Positions 21,001-25,700 of a stretch of DNA of 63,193 nt are shown here, piece by piece. The stretch comes from Thermoanaerobaculia bacterium (GTDB lineage: Bacteria; Acidobacteriota; Thermoanaerobaculia; Gp7-AA8), in NCBI GenBank assembly GCA_036399695.1, contig DASWMP010000008.1, positions 1-63,193 on the forward strand, read 5' to 3'. Below the pieces are notes generated by a model. That model saw only the letters and a program-made list of their open reading frames with translations, searched no databases and was not told the origin of the DNA. Positions within the stretch are counted from its first letter, which is position 1. Each line of letters begins with the position of its first letter. A program made the translations under genes and the position numbers.

Positions 21001-22469
21001 TCCTGCGTCTTTTCGAAGAGGCTCTCGGCGTCGAGCGCGGCGGCGGGCGCCGGCGCCACGGGGGAGACTTCGGCCTCGAGCGGACGGCCGGTCAGCGCCA
21101 CCTTGCGCATCTCCGCGAGGTTCCCTTCCATCACCAGCAACTGATCGCCCGGCAGGGCCAGACTGCGATGAAAGGCCTGCAGGCCGGTGGCGGTGCGCAT
21201 CGGGCGCATGCCGGTGCTCTGCTGCAGCAGCTCGCCGTTGGCTGGATCCGGCACCATCCCGCCGTCCTGCCAGATCGGCCAGTTGATCGAGCGCGTACGG
21301 CCGTAGCGCAGGCCGGCCGCTACCTGCCGGTTGCGCCAGGCGGCGAAGCGGTCGAGGAAGGCGTTGGCGGCGGCGTACGCACCCTGTCCGGGGTTGCCGA
21401 AGGCGCCGATGACGGAGGAGAAGAGGACGAAGAAGTCGAGCTTCAGGTCGTGCGTGGCCTGGTCGAGGTTGCACGTGCCCGCGACCTTCGGGGCCAGGAC
21501 GGCGCTGAATTCGGCGTCGCTCTTCGTGAGGATGAAGCGATCGGCGACGATGCCGGCGCTGTGGAGGATGCCGTCCAGCCGTCCGTGCTCTTCACGGATG
21601 GCGGCGATGAGCTGCTCGACCTGCGCCGCGTCGGCGACGTCGGCCTGCCGGTAGCTCAGGCGGTCGGCCGAGGGGGAGAGGTCGTTGAGCAGGGCGCGGG
21701 TTTCGTCCGTCAGTGGCGAGCGGCCCGTCAGCACCACGTGCGCCTGGGAAGCCCGGGCGAAGATCTCCTTCGCGAAGAGCAGTCCGAGTCCGCCGAGGCC
21801 GCCGGTGATCAGGTAGATGCCCTGATCTTTGAAGGCGATCGAAGACTCCGCGCGCTCTTCCGCGACTTCTTCCCACTGGAGGATCTGGCGGACGCCGTTG
21901 GCATAGCGCACGACCGGATCGGCGGCGCCCGTTTTCTCCGCCGCGAGGTAGCGGCTCAGTTCCTCGGCCGTGATGCCGGCTGGCACGAGGAGCAACTGTC
22001 CGGCGATGGCCGGATTCTCGAGGGTGGCGGTCCGGAGCAAGCCGGACAGCCCGGCGAAGAGCGCCTGCTCCTCGCTGTCCGCGACGACGAGCTGGATGAG
22101 CGTCTTCCCCTGCGGCCTTTCTTCGATGACGGCGCGCAGGGTTGCGGCGACGGCGAGGGCGTGATTGCCATACCGCTCGGCGAGAGGCTGTTGGGCGGCC
22201 GCCTGCAGCGATTCAAAGCGGCTGTGCGGCAGCGTGGCCTGGAGCTGGCCGGCCGTGACGGCCGGGCGCTCGCAGAGCAGGACGTGGTGGGCACCGTAGA
22301 CGGTGGCACCCGCCGTTACCGGCGCCGGGTGCCACGCCGGTGCGGCCAGCAGGACGCCCGGCCCCTGCTCCTTGAGGGCCTTGATCTTCTCCAACGCCTC
22401 TGTCTGCGACAGGCTGCCGTTGGACAACTCGCTGTAGATCTGCCTGAGCCATTCTTTCATTTGCATCAC
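81..22469 (-). CDS. trans-AT (AT-less) modular polyketide synthase, 7462 aa, ending in a KS (split module)
   Basis: Single uninterrupted 22.4-kb ORF. Domain order N->C (coordinates descending): KR (about 22350-21100; GGLGGLG, YAAANAFLD); ACP (GIDS, Ser 20910-20912); KS (20620-19310; DTMCSSS Cys 20085-20087, HGTGT, NIGH); N-terminal half of a DH fold without catalytic His (about 18760-18400); three crotonase-fold domains (18140-16107), the last with the ECH2-type signature LTGFDSYFASGGT...AAMQGHGIGAGW; ACP with Trp six residues after Ser (GLDSIGGVAW, Ser 15858-15860). Then KS (15535-14262, Cys 15027-15029); DH (about 13700-12870; LADHQV..LPGVAYLEM, HPSLMDSGMQ); KR (12815-11560); ACP (Ser 11331-11333); KS (11048-9733, Cys 10512-10514); full-length but motif-dead DH (about 9200-8500); second crotonase triad (8261-6150); Trp-flag ACP (Ser 5949-5951). 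Then KS (5628-4353, Cys 5118-5120); DH deletion scar (3845-3696); KR (3695-2480); ACP (Ser 2238-2240); KS (1965-690, DTACSAS Cys 1455-1457); KS-flanking linker and a helical tail of about 45 aa. There is no acyltransferase domain. Every KS is followed by the LPxYPFxxxRYW flanking motif typical of trans-AT systems. Confidence 0.95.
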   Translation of the reverse strand: MMQMKEWLRQIYSELSNGSLSQTEALEKIKALKEQGPGVLLAAPAWHPAPVTAGATVYGAHHVLLCERPAVTAGQLQATLPHSRFESLQAAAQQPLAERYGNHALAVAATLRAVIEERPQGKTLIQLVVADSEEQALFAGLSGLLRTATLENPAIAGQLLLVPAGITAEELSRYLAAEKTGAADPVVRYANGVRQILQWEEVAEERAESSIAFKDQGIYLITGGLGGLGLLFAKEIFARASQAHVVLTGRSPLTDETRALLNDLSPSADRLSYRQADVADAAQVEQLIAAIREEHGRLDGILHSAGIVADRFILTKSDAEFSAVLAPKVAGTCNLDQATHDLKLDFFVLFSSVIGAFGNPGQGAYAAANAFLDRFAAWRNRQVAAGLRYGRTRSINWPIWQDGGMVPDPANGELLQQSTGMRPMRTATGLQAFHRSLALPGDQLLVMEGNLAEMRKVALTGRPLEAEVSPVAPAPAAALDAESLFEKTQEYLRRQSAELLKLPYHRIDPEAALETYGIDSILAMKLTGHLELTFGALSKTLFFEYQTLSELARYFAQAHSARLETLFAAKTGGTNEKPIGPIGPIGPIVFPSRENRRSARRRTDNPATPAAQAPAPQDEPIAIIGLSGRYPEAVDLQAYWQNLRDGKDCIIEVPKERWDWRTYYNEDRTQPGYHYSKWGGFIAGVDEFDPLFFNISPKEAKHIDPQERLFLQHAWMAIEDAGYTRAGLQVPHAGDLPGQAGVYVGVMYTEYQLLGLDASTNGNRLGIGSSAASIANRVSYALNLHGPSMALDTMCSSSLTAIHIACQDLKQGRTSLAIAGGVNVSIHPNKYLMLSAGQFISSDGHCQSFGEGGDGYIPGEGVGVVVLKRLSEAERDGDHIYGVIRGSALNHGGKTNGYTVPNPQAQASAIARALSESKTDARHVSYIEAHGTGTKLGDPIEIAALTKAFSQYTKEAGFCPIGSAKSNIGHCESAAGIAGLTKVLLQMEHQELVPSLHSAELNPHIDFAATPFVVNQQVRPWAQPVIDGQTQPRIAGISSFGAGGANAHLIVEEYQVPAARTVALPEAVVVLSARTPEQLRQKAADLLAYLRPRIDTLDLAATAWTLQTGREAMDERLAFVVTSAGQLAEKLQAYVSGRQGLEDVYEGQVKRNREALSVFSNDADLQQTIDRWIASRKLAKLVDVWVKGLDVDWKKLYGGVTPRRVSLPVYPFARDRYWIELPPPVAPAPAKQATAAVLHPLLHRNTSDLRQQSYSSTFSGDESFLRTSANGQTLLPPEACLEMARAAIERAATIPDDTHLELHDVAWGEPVAVTPAIEVCIALLPRDEEEIGFEIYSREGERETVHCQGRAVLQHGASPVMAVEEPTAPAAAPLPARATATPARTEVTFLPPVEAVSVAPERKKRPSISLATPGASVPAPSAGRAPITLVNAALRVAAAVAPAVRLFDDGQGLFSIRLEPSSSPRTVIAQLKQALAKVQDDPSTKVLLIAGLEQALPRGRETHDEAVAQGLYGDLASFPYPVIAVLHGDTLGASFLTAALCGLMVCSEEAAYAFTDAQEALHPAAAELALFSARFGHVRAQDLLYVSRTLTGRELQARGWTCPVLPRADVETYARQLAATLTTKSREALRLLKQHLTRNVAVPVAALRAVEATLPAPAVVAQPLTSPSPYIRVAERGDGVVVIRFDADVQAKDVVPGLRDLLTAMQQQGDGRAVVLASIPADLSYGAVLELQPLLAASRSAVVAAFDGDASGNAWLLGQLCHATVYSSSGTYSAAGLAPAAAAAFTHRFGSDAGREFLLTGDAYSGAELQQRAGSAIVAGDDQVLSTAVELAAALSRSVVAQQPLFDMDSSAAPAPPDSELEAADVKTATPIPLQSSVVTATAHPDGIVVVTMEDRVAKNMFSEALVEGMQEAFANIERMPACKVVILTGFDSYFASGGTKETLLAIHEGKARFTDVKVFQFPLDCALPVIAAMQGHGIGAGWALGMFADAIVLSEESRYVSPYMDYGFTPGAGATWIIGDKLGEDIARESLLTAQQYTGGELRARGVRLPVVSRNQVVPAALALARKIARAPRHHLIALKQQFRDAMQQPLAETYRRELAMHEQTFVGKAATLAQIETNFAAQDVAGQALLPVHRDGVHGDGGQAGVPVLHEGNAGQAGVSVPHQAGQTDVSATVRTLLANELQMRESDIDDNTQFIDLGLDSIGGVAWVRKINEKYRTSIEATRIYSYPTLSQFARYVEGEAEKQGTLVREQAAPAAAAPVVAPAPKLEIARPGAGVATPPIAATSQKLTSWRSGTASRFGKAQAAARTAEPIAVIGLAGQFPRAKNLEEFWQNIADGRNCITPVSPERWDLDAYYQPGGAVAGKTYSRWLGALEEYDRFDPLFFNISPREAESIDPQQRLFLQACWHSIESAGYDARSLSGSKCGVFVGCAFGDYHLLSRTQQLSAEGFTGDATSILAARISYFLNLRGPCVSIDTACSSSLVAIADACDSLLSGASDLALAGGVYVMAGPEMHIKTAQAGMLSADGQCYTFDQRANGFVMGEGVGVVLLKRLADAQRDGDIIHAVIEGWGINQDGKTNGITAPNPESQTRLQQDVYDRYGIDPAGIQLIEAHGTGTKLGDPIEVEGLKNAFAKYTQEQQYCALGSVKSNIGHCLTAAGIAGVQKLILALRHKQLPPTVNFERVNEHIDLTGSPFYVNGRLQDWTPAPGQKRRSAISSFGFSGTNVHLVIGEYVPPPGVARRTATAVPGAKTIVPLSARTAEQLKQKVLDLLAFVRRETASLDLAELAYTLQAGREPMEERLGFVVSSIDELAEKLQAYADGVQPIADAFRGEGKRTKATLGIISQDTDLQQSVIEKWRAEKKLAKLLELWVNGIELDWNAFYGEARPRRILLPLYPFAKERYWIEPTAQRTLAAGKATAVIHPLLHSNISDLSEQRYGSTFTGDEFFLADHQVQASGEAARKVLPGVAYLEMARAAIEQALPKRADGVVLELQDVVWVQPIVVDGARQVSIALATDEQDRIVFEVYSGEGDAEVVHCQGRAVLSREPATARLDIEQLRREMGASHLEPGGLYAAWRQMGLLYGPSFRGVTDIHRGSGQLLAQLRLPEIAGQIASEYVLHPSLMDSGMQSCVGLLAGDAGEPRLPFALETLRIVAPCTTEMVAWVRYAAGSHAADHVVKFDLDLCDASGNVCVQMRGLSSRKLSAGAVVTSAAGAILAVPAWRDARHDGTDETNGTHGIALEPTGPMGSPFTAHQVALCELAAVDIDDLSALLLTTECVALHARGADGLAERYSAYALGSFEQIRTILEAKPQGRVLVQIVVPADGEQAVFAGLSGLLKTAALENPNLTGQLLLAPMQTSTEDLARWLEAEKTTATDAVVRYDGGRRQVLRWEEIPSSPAAAAAFKDRGVYLITGGLGALGLVFAKEILERTAGSRVVLTGRSPLTPQKQALLDALGANKRRASYRRVDLGELRQVEQLVDMIIGEHGSLDGILHCAGRVADNFILRKSAGEFAEVLGPKVTGTCHLDHASRHLQLDFFVLFSSFAGAIGNVGQADYAAANAFLDHFAAHRNRQVAAGERHGRTRSINWPLWQAGGMRIDAATQEVLERTMGVQPMQSATGLQAFHHSLALAHDQVLVAEGDTARLRAFLFGSAERPVEAATPASAVAVSADGLAEKTQEYLRKELAGLLKVPAHRIDPEAPWEKYGIDSILALKLTTQLEQTFGSLPKTLFFEYRTMAELTRYFAQAHAARLSALVAAPAAKEQSPISPISPIGPIGPIGPIERLPRRHGRSAVRRPAQAAASHDEPIAIIGLSGRYPEAVDLAAYWNNLRDGRDCITEVPKSRWDWRAYFSEDRTEGGHHYSKWGGFIAGVDEFDALFFNISPKEAKQIDPQERLFLQHAWMAIEDAGYTRATLQVPQNDDLAGQVGVYAGVMYSEYQLFGAEASALGTRIGVAGSAASIANRVSYALNLHGPSMTLDTMCSSSLTAIHVACQDLKLGRTSLALAGGVNVSIHPNKYLVLSAGQFISSDGHCQSFGEGGDGYIPGEGVGVVVLKRLSDAKRDGDHIYGVIRGSALNHGGKTNGYTVPNPQAQASAIGRALAESKTDARHVSYIEAHGTGTKLGDPIEIAALTRAFQHYTKDTGFCLIGSAKSNIGHCESAAGIAGLTKILLQMQHRQLVPSLHSAQLNPHIEFESTPFVVNQELRSWEPPVIDGRQLPRIAGLSSFGAGGSNAHLLIEEYAAPAAQPAAGGNVAILLSARTPEQLLQKAQDLLDFVRPRLSTLDLVATAYTLQAGREAMDERLGFVVSSPEELVEKLRAYVAGEQGIDGAYQGQAKRKNESLSAFSTDTDLQQTVDKWIANRKFSKLLDLWVKGLELDWTKLYGETRPSRVSLPVYPFAKERCWLELPAVREVAATQVASGFVHPLVHSNTSDLNEQRYSSTFTGEELFLEGSHGARRLASAAYLEMARAAIADAFPAWCASAMLELREHVWSEPVVVTGNQPVSIALVANDRDEIDYEIYSGDTVHCHGRGVLSYEAPPSRLDLAQLGGGGDGQLLAKLALPQNIAATTSDYVLHPAVIEGALQAAGRLFGGPAVVALETLRILAPCSSEMVAWVRSTSDAAVDIDVCDPQGNVAVQLRGVTMQAARFEVAAPVVTAAKAAAAVVMPLTRKEIVLATQQQPVIPAERKKRAAILLAAPGAVGAQRVAARAPIALSTPSLPIRKGGPDADSVRLFDEGNGRFTIRVNASSDAVPQLLQALARVQPEPALKVLTLEGLDRAFTSGSRDDYNSAIEQGLYRALASFAYPIIAVLEGDAAGAAFMAAALCDFMVCSEEAACGFTHVDSGLLPTTAEALLFAERFGEPHAHDLLYVAGPSTAKQLRAKGWTFPIVAGAEVKSHGEQLAASLVSKSRDALRLLKEHLTRRLAVYVNALAPIAPQTNPDIANPKSEIAALTATTFVELVPPANGVLVLKLAADASARELLADLRGVFAEVNQDASCKAIVLSSRHPEFLPPVSGDVLADVQRLLADSPVPIVAALSDNASGNGWLVAQFCEAAVYSRTGSYSSANALPAAVPLFARRFGNQAASELLLIASSYSGAVLAQRTGTVTAVERPQVLPAAIAIAERWTQWPRTTLAAWKQHTAATIVGQEWRTDNPVSHATHDASTPAPVEQPAEQPAPSAGPIVLRSNVVTATVDEEGIIVVKMEDRQAKNMFSDAFIDGLNEVFARIESTPACKVVVLTGYDSYFASGGTKDGLLAIQQGKAKFTDLKIFQLPFVCKVPVIAAMQGHGIGAGWTLGMFADVVLLSDESRYVSPYMDYGFTPGAGATAILAAKMGADLARESLFTARYYTGSDLKARGLRLPILPRAEVVSPAAMTLARQIARASRPRLVALKQQLTAGVRESIEETYRLEVAMHEQTFVGQAATLAQIESNFHEEAEPAPVIAPPRPAPPQPAAAPRTSDGDVLRTVTAGLRTLLANELQMRESDIDENAQFVDLGLDSISGVTWIRKINEKYETSIEATKVYSFPTLTQLSRHVREEAEKHGTLSRVAAAPIDEAPAVERPAGPVSRTSPQLAIAKPRPAAAATTRRRRRAATRVEPVAAPAPAAAQPIAVIGMAGQFPQAKNLDEFWQNIADGRNCIAPVPANRWDLNAFYQPGDAVPGKTNSQWLGALDGVDLFDPLFFNISPTEAESMDPQQRLFLQACWHTIENAGYDSRVLSGSRCGVFVGCAATDYHQLSRQHQLSAQGFTGGAMSILAARISYFLNLQGASVAIDTACSSSLVAIAQACDTLSSGGSDLALAGGVCVMAGPEMHIKTAQAGMLSPEGKCFTFDQRADGFVPGEGVGVVMLKRLADAERDGDIIYGVIEGWGVNQDGRSNGITAPNAEAQTRLEQEVYDHFGIDPNAIQLIEAHGTGTKLGDPIEVEGLKNAFGKYTQKNAYCALGSIKSNIGHCLTAAGIAGVMKLILALKHRQLPPTINFERLNEHIDLTNSPFFVNERLQEWKAADNGKRQAAISSFGFSGTNVHMVIGEYRPAVEAHPLPAVPPNATTIVPLSARTTEQLKQKALDLIAFIRSEPSRELRDIAYTLQAGRSPMDERAGFVVSTIEELTAKLQAFADGEQRIDDVYQGQVKRNRDSLSALGLDEEMKETLVDRLLAQQKLPKLLELWVKGLELQWNRLYDEPKPRRISLPVYPFAKERYWIEAPAAKQGGPRGTTTARLHPSLRRKGLASAVAHRARGTAATTAPQVESVFAAPAWVTGDVAISTTSGMEYREHHVVSCELPNVDSETLQTLLPDSHCLSLLAAEHQSVAARCTDHAVAIFEYVQAILSRKPAGRVLMHVVVSGEHDGALFAGLSALLKTAALESPQFTGQLMIVPPQTTTAELAGRLDGEKSRTIEPVIRYGNDTREVLRWQELAADAAQPPVAFKDGGVYLITGGFGALGTLFAKEILEQTRNARIVLTGRSAWSAEKQAVIDGWSSNAGQVSYRQVELSDDHKVQQLIAFLVAEHGRLDGILHVAGMLADNMIVKKTGAEFRAVLAPKVAGALNLDAAIRHLKLDFFVLFSSIAGALGNPGQADYATANGFLDQFAAYRNRQVTAGERYGRTRSIDWPLWQAGGMKLDIASQELVRQTTGIEPMRTTTGLQTFYRSLALPHDQTLIAEGSKAKIAAFLRNARIFAPAASTAPAAPAQRAAAATPAVTLAELQQQLKVLLGTVLRIEPSVIDADQPLVDLGLDSFLGAELVVSINKKYGTELSHIRLYDYPTIRELSLFLEQELAKMPAPAPEPAVSERMEAAAPVVSAQPLVSAQPRTAKRLRIRKSSSAPAAADDRIAIVGMSGRYPKAEGLKQYWENLAAGKNAITEVPESRWDMQRYYDADRTRAEKTYSKWMGAIDDVDCFDARFFRISPQEAEYMDPQHRLFLQESYRAFEDAGYCSTTLSNKRCGVYLGISTNDYTSLLLQHGVLSAPVTSNSFAIAAARIAYYLNLKGPALSVDTACSASLVAIHLASQAFARGEIDMALVGGVSLWLSPEAYVSMSAAGMFSATGQCKTFDDGADGIVNGEGVGALVLKRLKDAEADGDHIYGVILASGINQDGKTNGITAPSISSQIELERELYAKHEIDPDTITYVEAHGTGTRLGDPIELEALATVFKEKTARKNFCAIGSVKSNIGHTTAAAGVAGLQKVLLSMRHRTLVPTLNVKSENSRFDFGNSPFYISRETKPWDVAPDSLRRAAVSSFGFSGTNAHLVIEEHRPAARAATTGGDASFIIPLSARTAEQLRQRARDLRELLLGAEQPVDLAAVAWTLQIGRDAMEERAGFIVGTAEELAGKLAAFDAGATEIDGLYRGRVEPGQDRRGGGLQEVIDNPKLLELWVKGQPVDWTRLYAGAKPRRIPLPTYPFARDRYWITESALEQRLETEFALDPNMKSIEDIINAIGDDTLDTTEAVRALKLLV
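6150..8261 (-). other. in-line crotonase triad B (ECH1-like, crotonase-like, ECH2)
   Basis: VRLFDEGNGRFTIRV..KVLTLEGLDRAFTSGSRDDY..; FVELVPPANGVLVLKL..; VVTATVDEEGIIVVKMEDR..VVVLTGYDSYFASGGT..AAMQGHGIGAGW. Confidence 0.75.
11112..11165. repeat. 9-bp microsatellite, 6 copies (plus strand RATGGGACY) in an ACP-KS linker
   Basis: gatgggacc gataggacc gatgggacc aatgggact aatgggact gatggggct. Translated on the minus strand as SPISPISPIGPIGPIGPI. Confidence 0.9.
12716..12782. repeat. dispersed and degenerate copies of the 9-bp motif (plus strand CCCATNGGN) at the DH-KR junction
   Basis: cccatagga, cccatgtgt, cccattggt and cccatcgtg. Translated as TDETNGTHGIALEPTGPMGSP. The locus lies about 35 nt from the joint of the 9.3-kb PKS duplication. 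Confidence 0.7.
15979..16092. repeat. family-2 palindromic element (78-bp full copy plus an upstream partial copy) in frame in the ECH2-ACP linker of the PKS
   Basis: TGTAGGACAGGCACTC (16015-16030) and GAGTGCCTGTCCTGCA (16077-16092) pair with one mismatch. A partial copy, GGACAGACACTCCTGCCTGTCCTGC, lies at 15979-16003. 78 bp equals 26 codons. The element is translated as ..GVHGDGGQAGVPVLHEGNAGQAGVSVPHQAGQ.. Confidence 0.85.
16107..18140 (-). other. in-line crotonase triad A (ECH1-like, crotonase-like, ECH2)
   Basis: The first domain reads VRLFDDGQGLFSIRLE..KVLLIAGLEQALPRG..PVIAVLHGDTLGASF. The second reads YIRVAERGDGVVVIRFD..AVVLAS..VVAAFDGDASGNAW. The third reads VVTATAHPDGIVVVTMEDR..VVILTGFDSYFASGGT..PVIAAMQGHGIGAGW. 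Confidence 0.75.
20706..20754. repeat. 9-bp microsatellite, 4 copies plus one inverted copy, in an ACP-KS linker
   Basis: gatgggacc gatgggacc aatgggacc tatgggttt, then cattggtccca in the opposite orientation (20744-20754). Translated as GGTNEKPIGPIGPIGPI. Confidence 0.9.
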
Positions 22470-22709
22470 ACCCGTGTGCGTTCGGTTCGCAGCTTCGTTG
22501 GAGGGGAATCGGAGGAGTGGCGCCGGCTCATGCCGGCTCGTGGTCTGGGGGGCTCAGGTCCCCGGGCTTGCGCCCGGGGCTACGACGCTGACGCCCGCCA
22601 GGGGCGGACTGCGCGGTTCACGTCCGCCTCAGGCCGGGAAGAAGTGATCGCAACTCGGAAAAAGCGACTTCAAGTCGGATTCAGGTAACTTCGGGTCGGA
22701 AAGTGATGG

Positions 22710-25700
22710 CTACCCCAGGTCGGCGGCGTCGTCGACCGAGACTTTGCGGCTGACGACGTCCGCCAGCAGGGTTTCGTAGAAGGCGAGGTCCACGGTCGCT
22801 TCGGGCTGGCGGTTGGCCTTGATCGGAATCCGCCCGGCGGTCGCCGGCGGGAACGGCGACTTGGTTTCACTCTCGAGGGCCCGCGAGGCCAGCCCCCGCA
22901 CCTGCACGCGGACGTTCCCCTGAGGATCGCACAGGTCGAGGTCGACGGTGGAGGTGCCGTTCTTCCCGTACCGCAGCCAGGCCACCATCTCCGCCGACGG
23001 CTCCGCCAGGATGCGCACCGACTCGACGGCGAACGGCACGGAGGGTTTGCCGGGCAGGTGGTCGAAGTCGACGAACAGCCCGAGGGAGGCCTGCAGGGCG
23101 CTGTCCATCAGGCTGGGATGGAGCACGTAGTCCTGCTGACTGCCCGCGACGCCCGCCGGCAGCCGTAGTTGCGCGAGCAGTTGCTGCTCGCCGAAACGGA
23201 TGCTCGTGATCCCCTGATGGGCCGGCCCATACTCCAGCCCCATCCTTCCGAACAGCTCGTAAACCTCGGCGGCGTCGAGCTGCCCGTCCCGCATCTCCCC
23301 GGCGAGGCGCACCAGGTCGATGGCCCGGACCGCCGCGTCAGGGCTGAAGAGCCCCTGCCCCTGGCAGTGCAGCGTCTCCTGCTCGCCGGCCAGGCTGTAG
23401 ATCTCGAAGTCGATCCGGTTCGCCCCGTTCGCCACCAGCGCGATCGAGACCGTGGCCGCGCCGGTGACGACGATCGGCTTCAGCCAGACGATGTTCTGCA
23501 GCTCGAGGACGCTCCCAGCCGCGGAGGCCGGTGAGGCCTGCACGATCGCCGCGCGGGCCATCTCCAGATAGGCCACGCCCGGCAGGACTGCCCGCGTCTG
23601 GCCGTTCGTGCGCACCTGATGGTCGGTGAGGAAGAACTCCGTGCCGTTGAAGGTGGTGGTGAAGCGCTGCTCGCTGAGGTCGGAGGTATTGCGGTGCAGC
23701 AACGGATGCAGCACCTCGACCGCCGCGGAGGAGGCCACCTGCACGTTCACGACAGGGTCGATCCAGCAGCGCTCTTTCGCGAAGGGGTAGGTCGGCAGGC
23801 TGACGCGCCGCGGCTTCTCCCCTCGGTACAACTGCTCCCACTCGATCTCCAGCCCCTTGACCCAGAGCTCCAGCAGCTTGGCCCATTTGCCCCGCTCGAG
23901 CCACTTGCCGACCGCCTCGCGCAGCTCTTCATCCCCTCGGAAGAGCGCCAGCGTCTCGCTGTTCCGCCGCACCTCGCCGCGATAGAGGCCGTCGATGCCG
24001 CTCTTGCCGTCGAGAAACGCGCCGAGCTTCGTCTCCAGTTCGTCCAGCGATCCGGCCGTGAAAGCCAGCCGGTGATCCATCGCCTCGCGGCCGATCTGTA
24101 ATGTATATGCGGCCGCGGCCAGGTCACTGGCCTGCACATCTCCGCGGGCGATGGCCTGGCGCAGATTGACGGCCTGCTCCTTCAGCCGCTCGCCGTCCTT
24201 CGCCGAAAGCACGATGACGGCGGGCCCGGTGGTGGCGGGAGACTGCACCGCGCCGCCGGCATACTCCTCCACCACCACATGGGCGTTGACGCCGCCGAAG
24301 CCGAACGAGCTCACGCCCGCCAGGAGCGGCCGTGCGCGTCCGGCTCCATCCTTCAACGGCCGCCACGGCTGATTCTCGCGGACGAGGTAGAAGGGGGTGT
24401 CCTCGAGGTGGATGTAGGGGTTGATCTCCTCGCAGTGCAGGCTGCGCACGAGCGTGCGGTGCTGCATCTGCAGGATGATCTTGATCAGCCCCGCGGCGCC
24501 GGCCGCCAGTTCGAGGTGACCGATGTTGGTCTTCACCGAGCCCAGTCCGCAGTAGCCGGTGGCCGGCGCTTCGCCGAGCTCCTCGTGCAGGCTGCGGAAC
24601 GCGCTGGTCAGGCCGTTGATCTCGATCGGATCGCCGAGAGGCGTACCGGTGCCATGAGCTTCGATGTAGGAGACGCTGGCGGGATTGACGCCGGCGCGGC
24701 GATAGGCGTCCTTGATCAGCTCCGCCTGCGCCTGGGGATTCGGCGCCGTCAGCGACTGCGCGCGTCCGCCGTGGTTCTCCGCGCTGCCGCGGATCAGGGC
24801 GTAGATGTGATCGCCGTCCCGCTCCGCCGCGCTCAGTTTCTTGAGCACGACCATGCCGACCCCTTCGCCGCGGGCATAGCCATCCGCCCGGCTCGAGAAG
24901 GTCTTGCACTTGCCGTCCGGGCTGAGCATGCCGGCCTTGTTGAAGCTGACGTGCAGCGTCGGGAAGAGCGTGTTGACGCCGCCGACGAGGGCCATGTCGC
25001 AGTCGTCGGCCAGAATCGCCCGCACCGCACGATGCACGGCCACGAGTGAGCTGGAGCAGGCCGTTTCAACCGGCTCGCTCGGCCCGTGCAGGTTCAGGAG
25101 GTAGCTGAGGCGGTTCGGGCCGACGGAGGGCACGAGTCCGGTCGCGGTGTAGCCCTCGATGCCGGTACCGTCGTGCGTCAGCAGCAGTTCGCCGTAGCCG
25201 GTGTTGGCCGTGCCGATGAAGACGCCGGTGCGGCTGCCCCACAACTGCTTCGGTCCGTATCCGGCGTCCTCGAACGCCTTCCAGCCGTACATCATGGTCA
25301 GCCGGTGCTGCGGGTCCATGCGCTCCGCTTCGCGCGGGGAGATGCCGAAGAACAGCGGATCGAACTCGTCGACCCCGTCCATGAAGGCGCCCCACTTCAC
25401 GCTGCTCCGGTTGCCGTCTTCTTTCTCGTCGGCATAGAGCGCTTCCCAGTCCCACCGGCTCTTCGGAATCTCCACGACGCTCTGCCGGCCTGCCAGGAGG
25501 TTGGCCCAGAAGGCGTGCAGGTCGTCGGCGCCGGGGAAGCGTCCGCTCATGCCGATGATGGCAATGGGCTCGGCGTGCTGCGGCGCCGGTGCTGCCGCGG
25601 CCGTGGTGGCCGTCGTGGCAGCGGCCTGCGCTCTGCCGCGCTTCCGTCCAAGTCGCGCGTCGCGTGCCGCGACCGGCGCCGGCGCTTCGCTTCTTCCCAT

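Noticed and set aside
22560-22579. An intrinsic terminator between the two PKS genes
   Set aside because: The GC-rich hairpin is present but no U-tract follows it on the minus strand, and the downstream gene completes a split module, so co-transcription is more likely.
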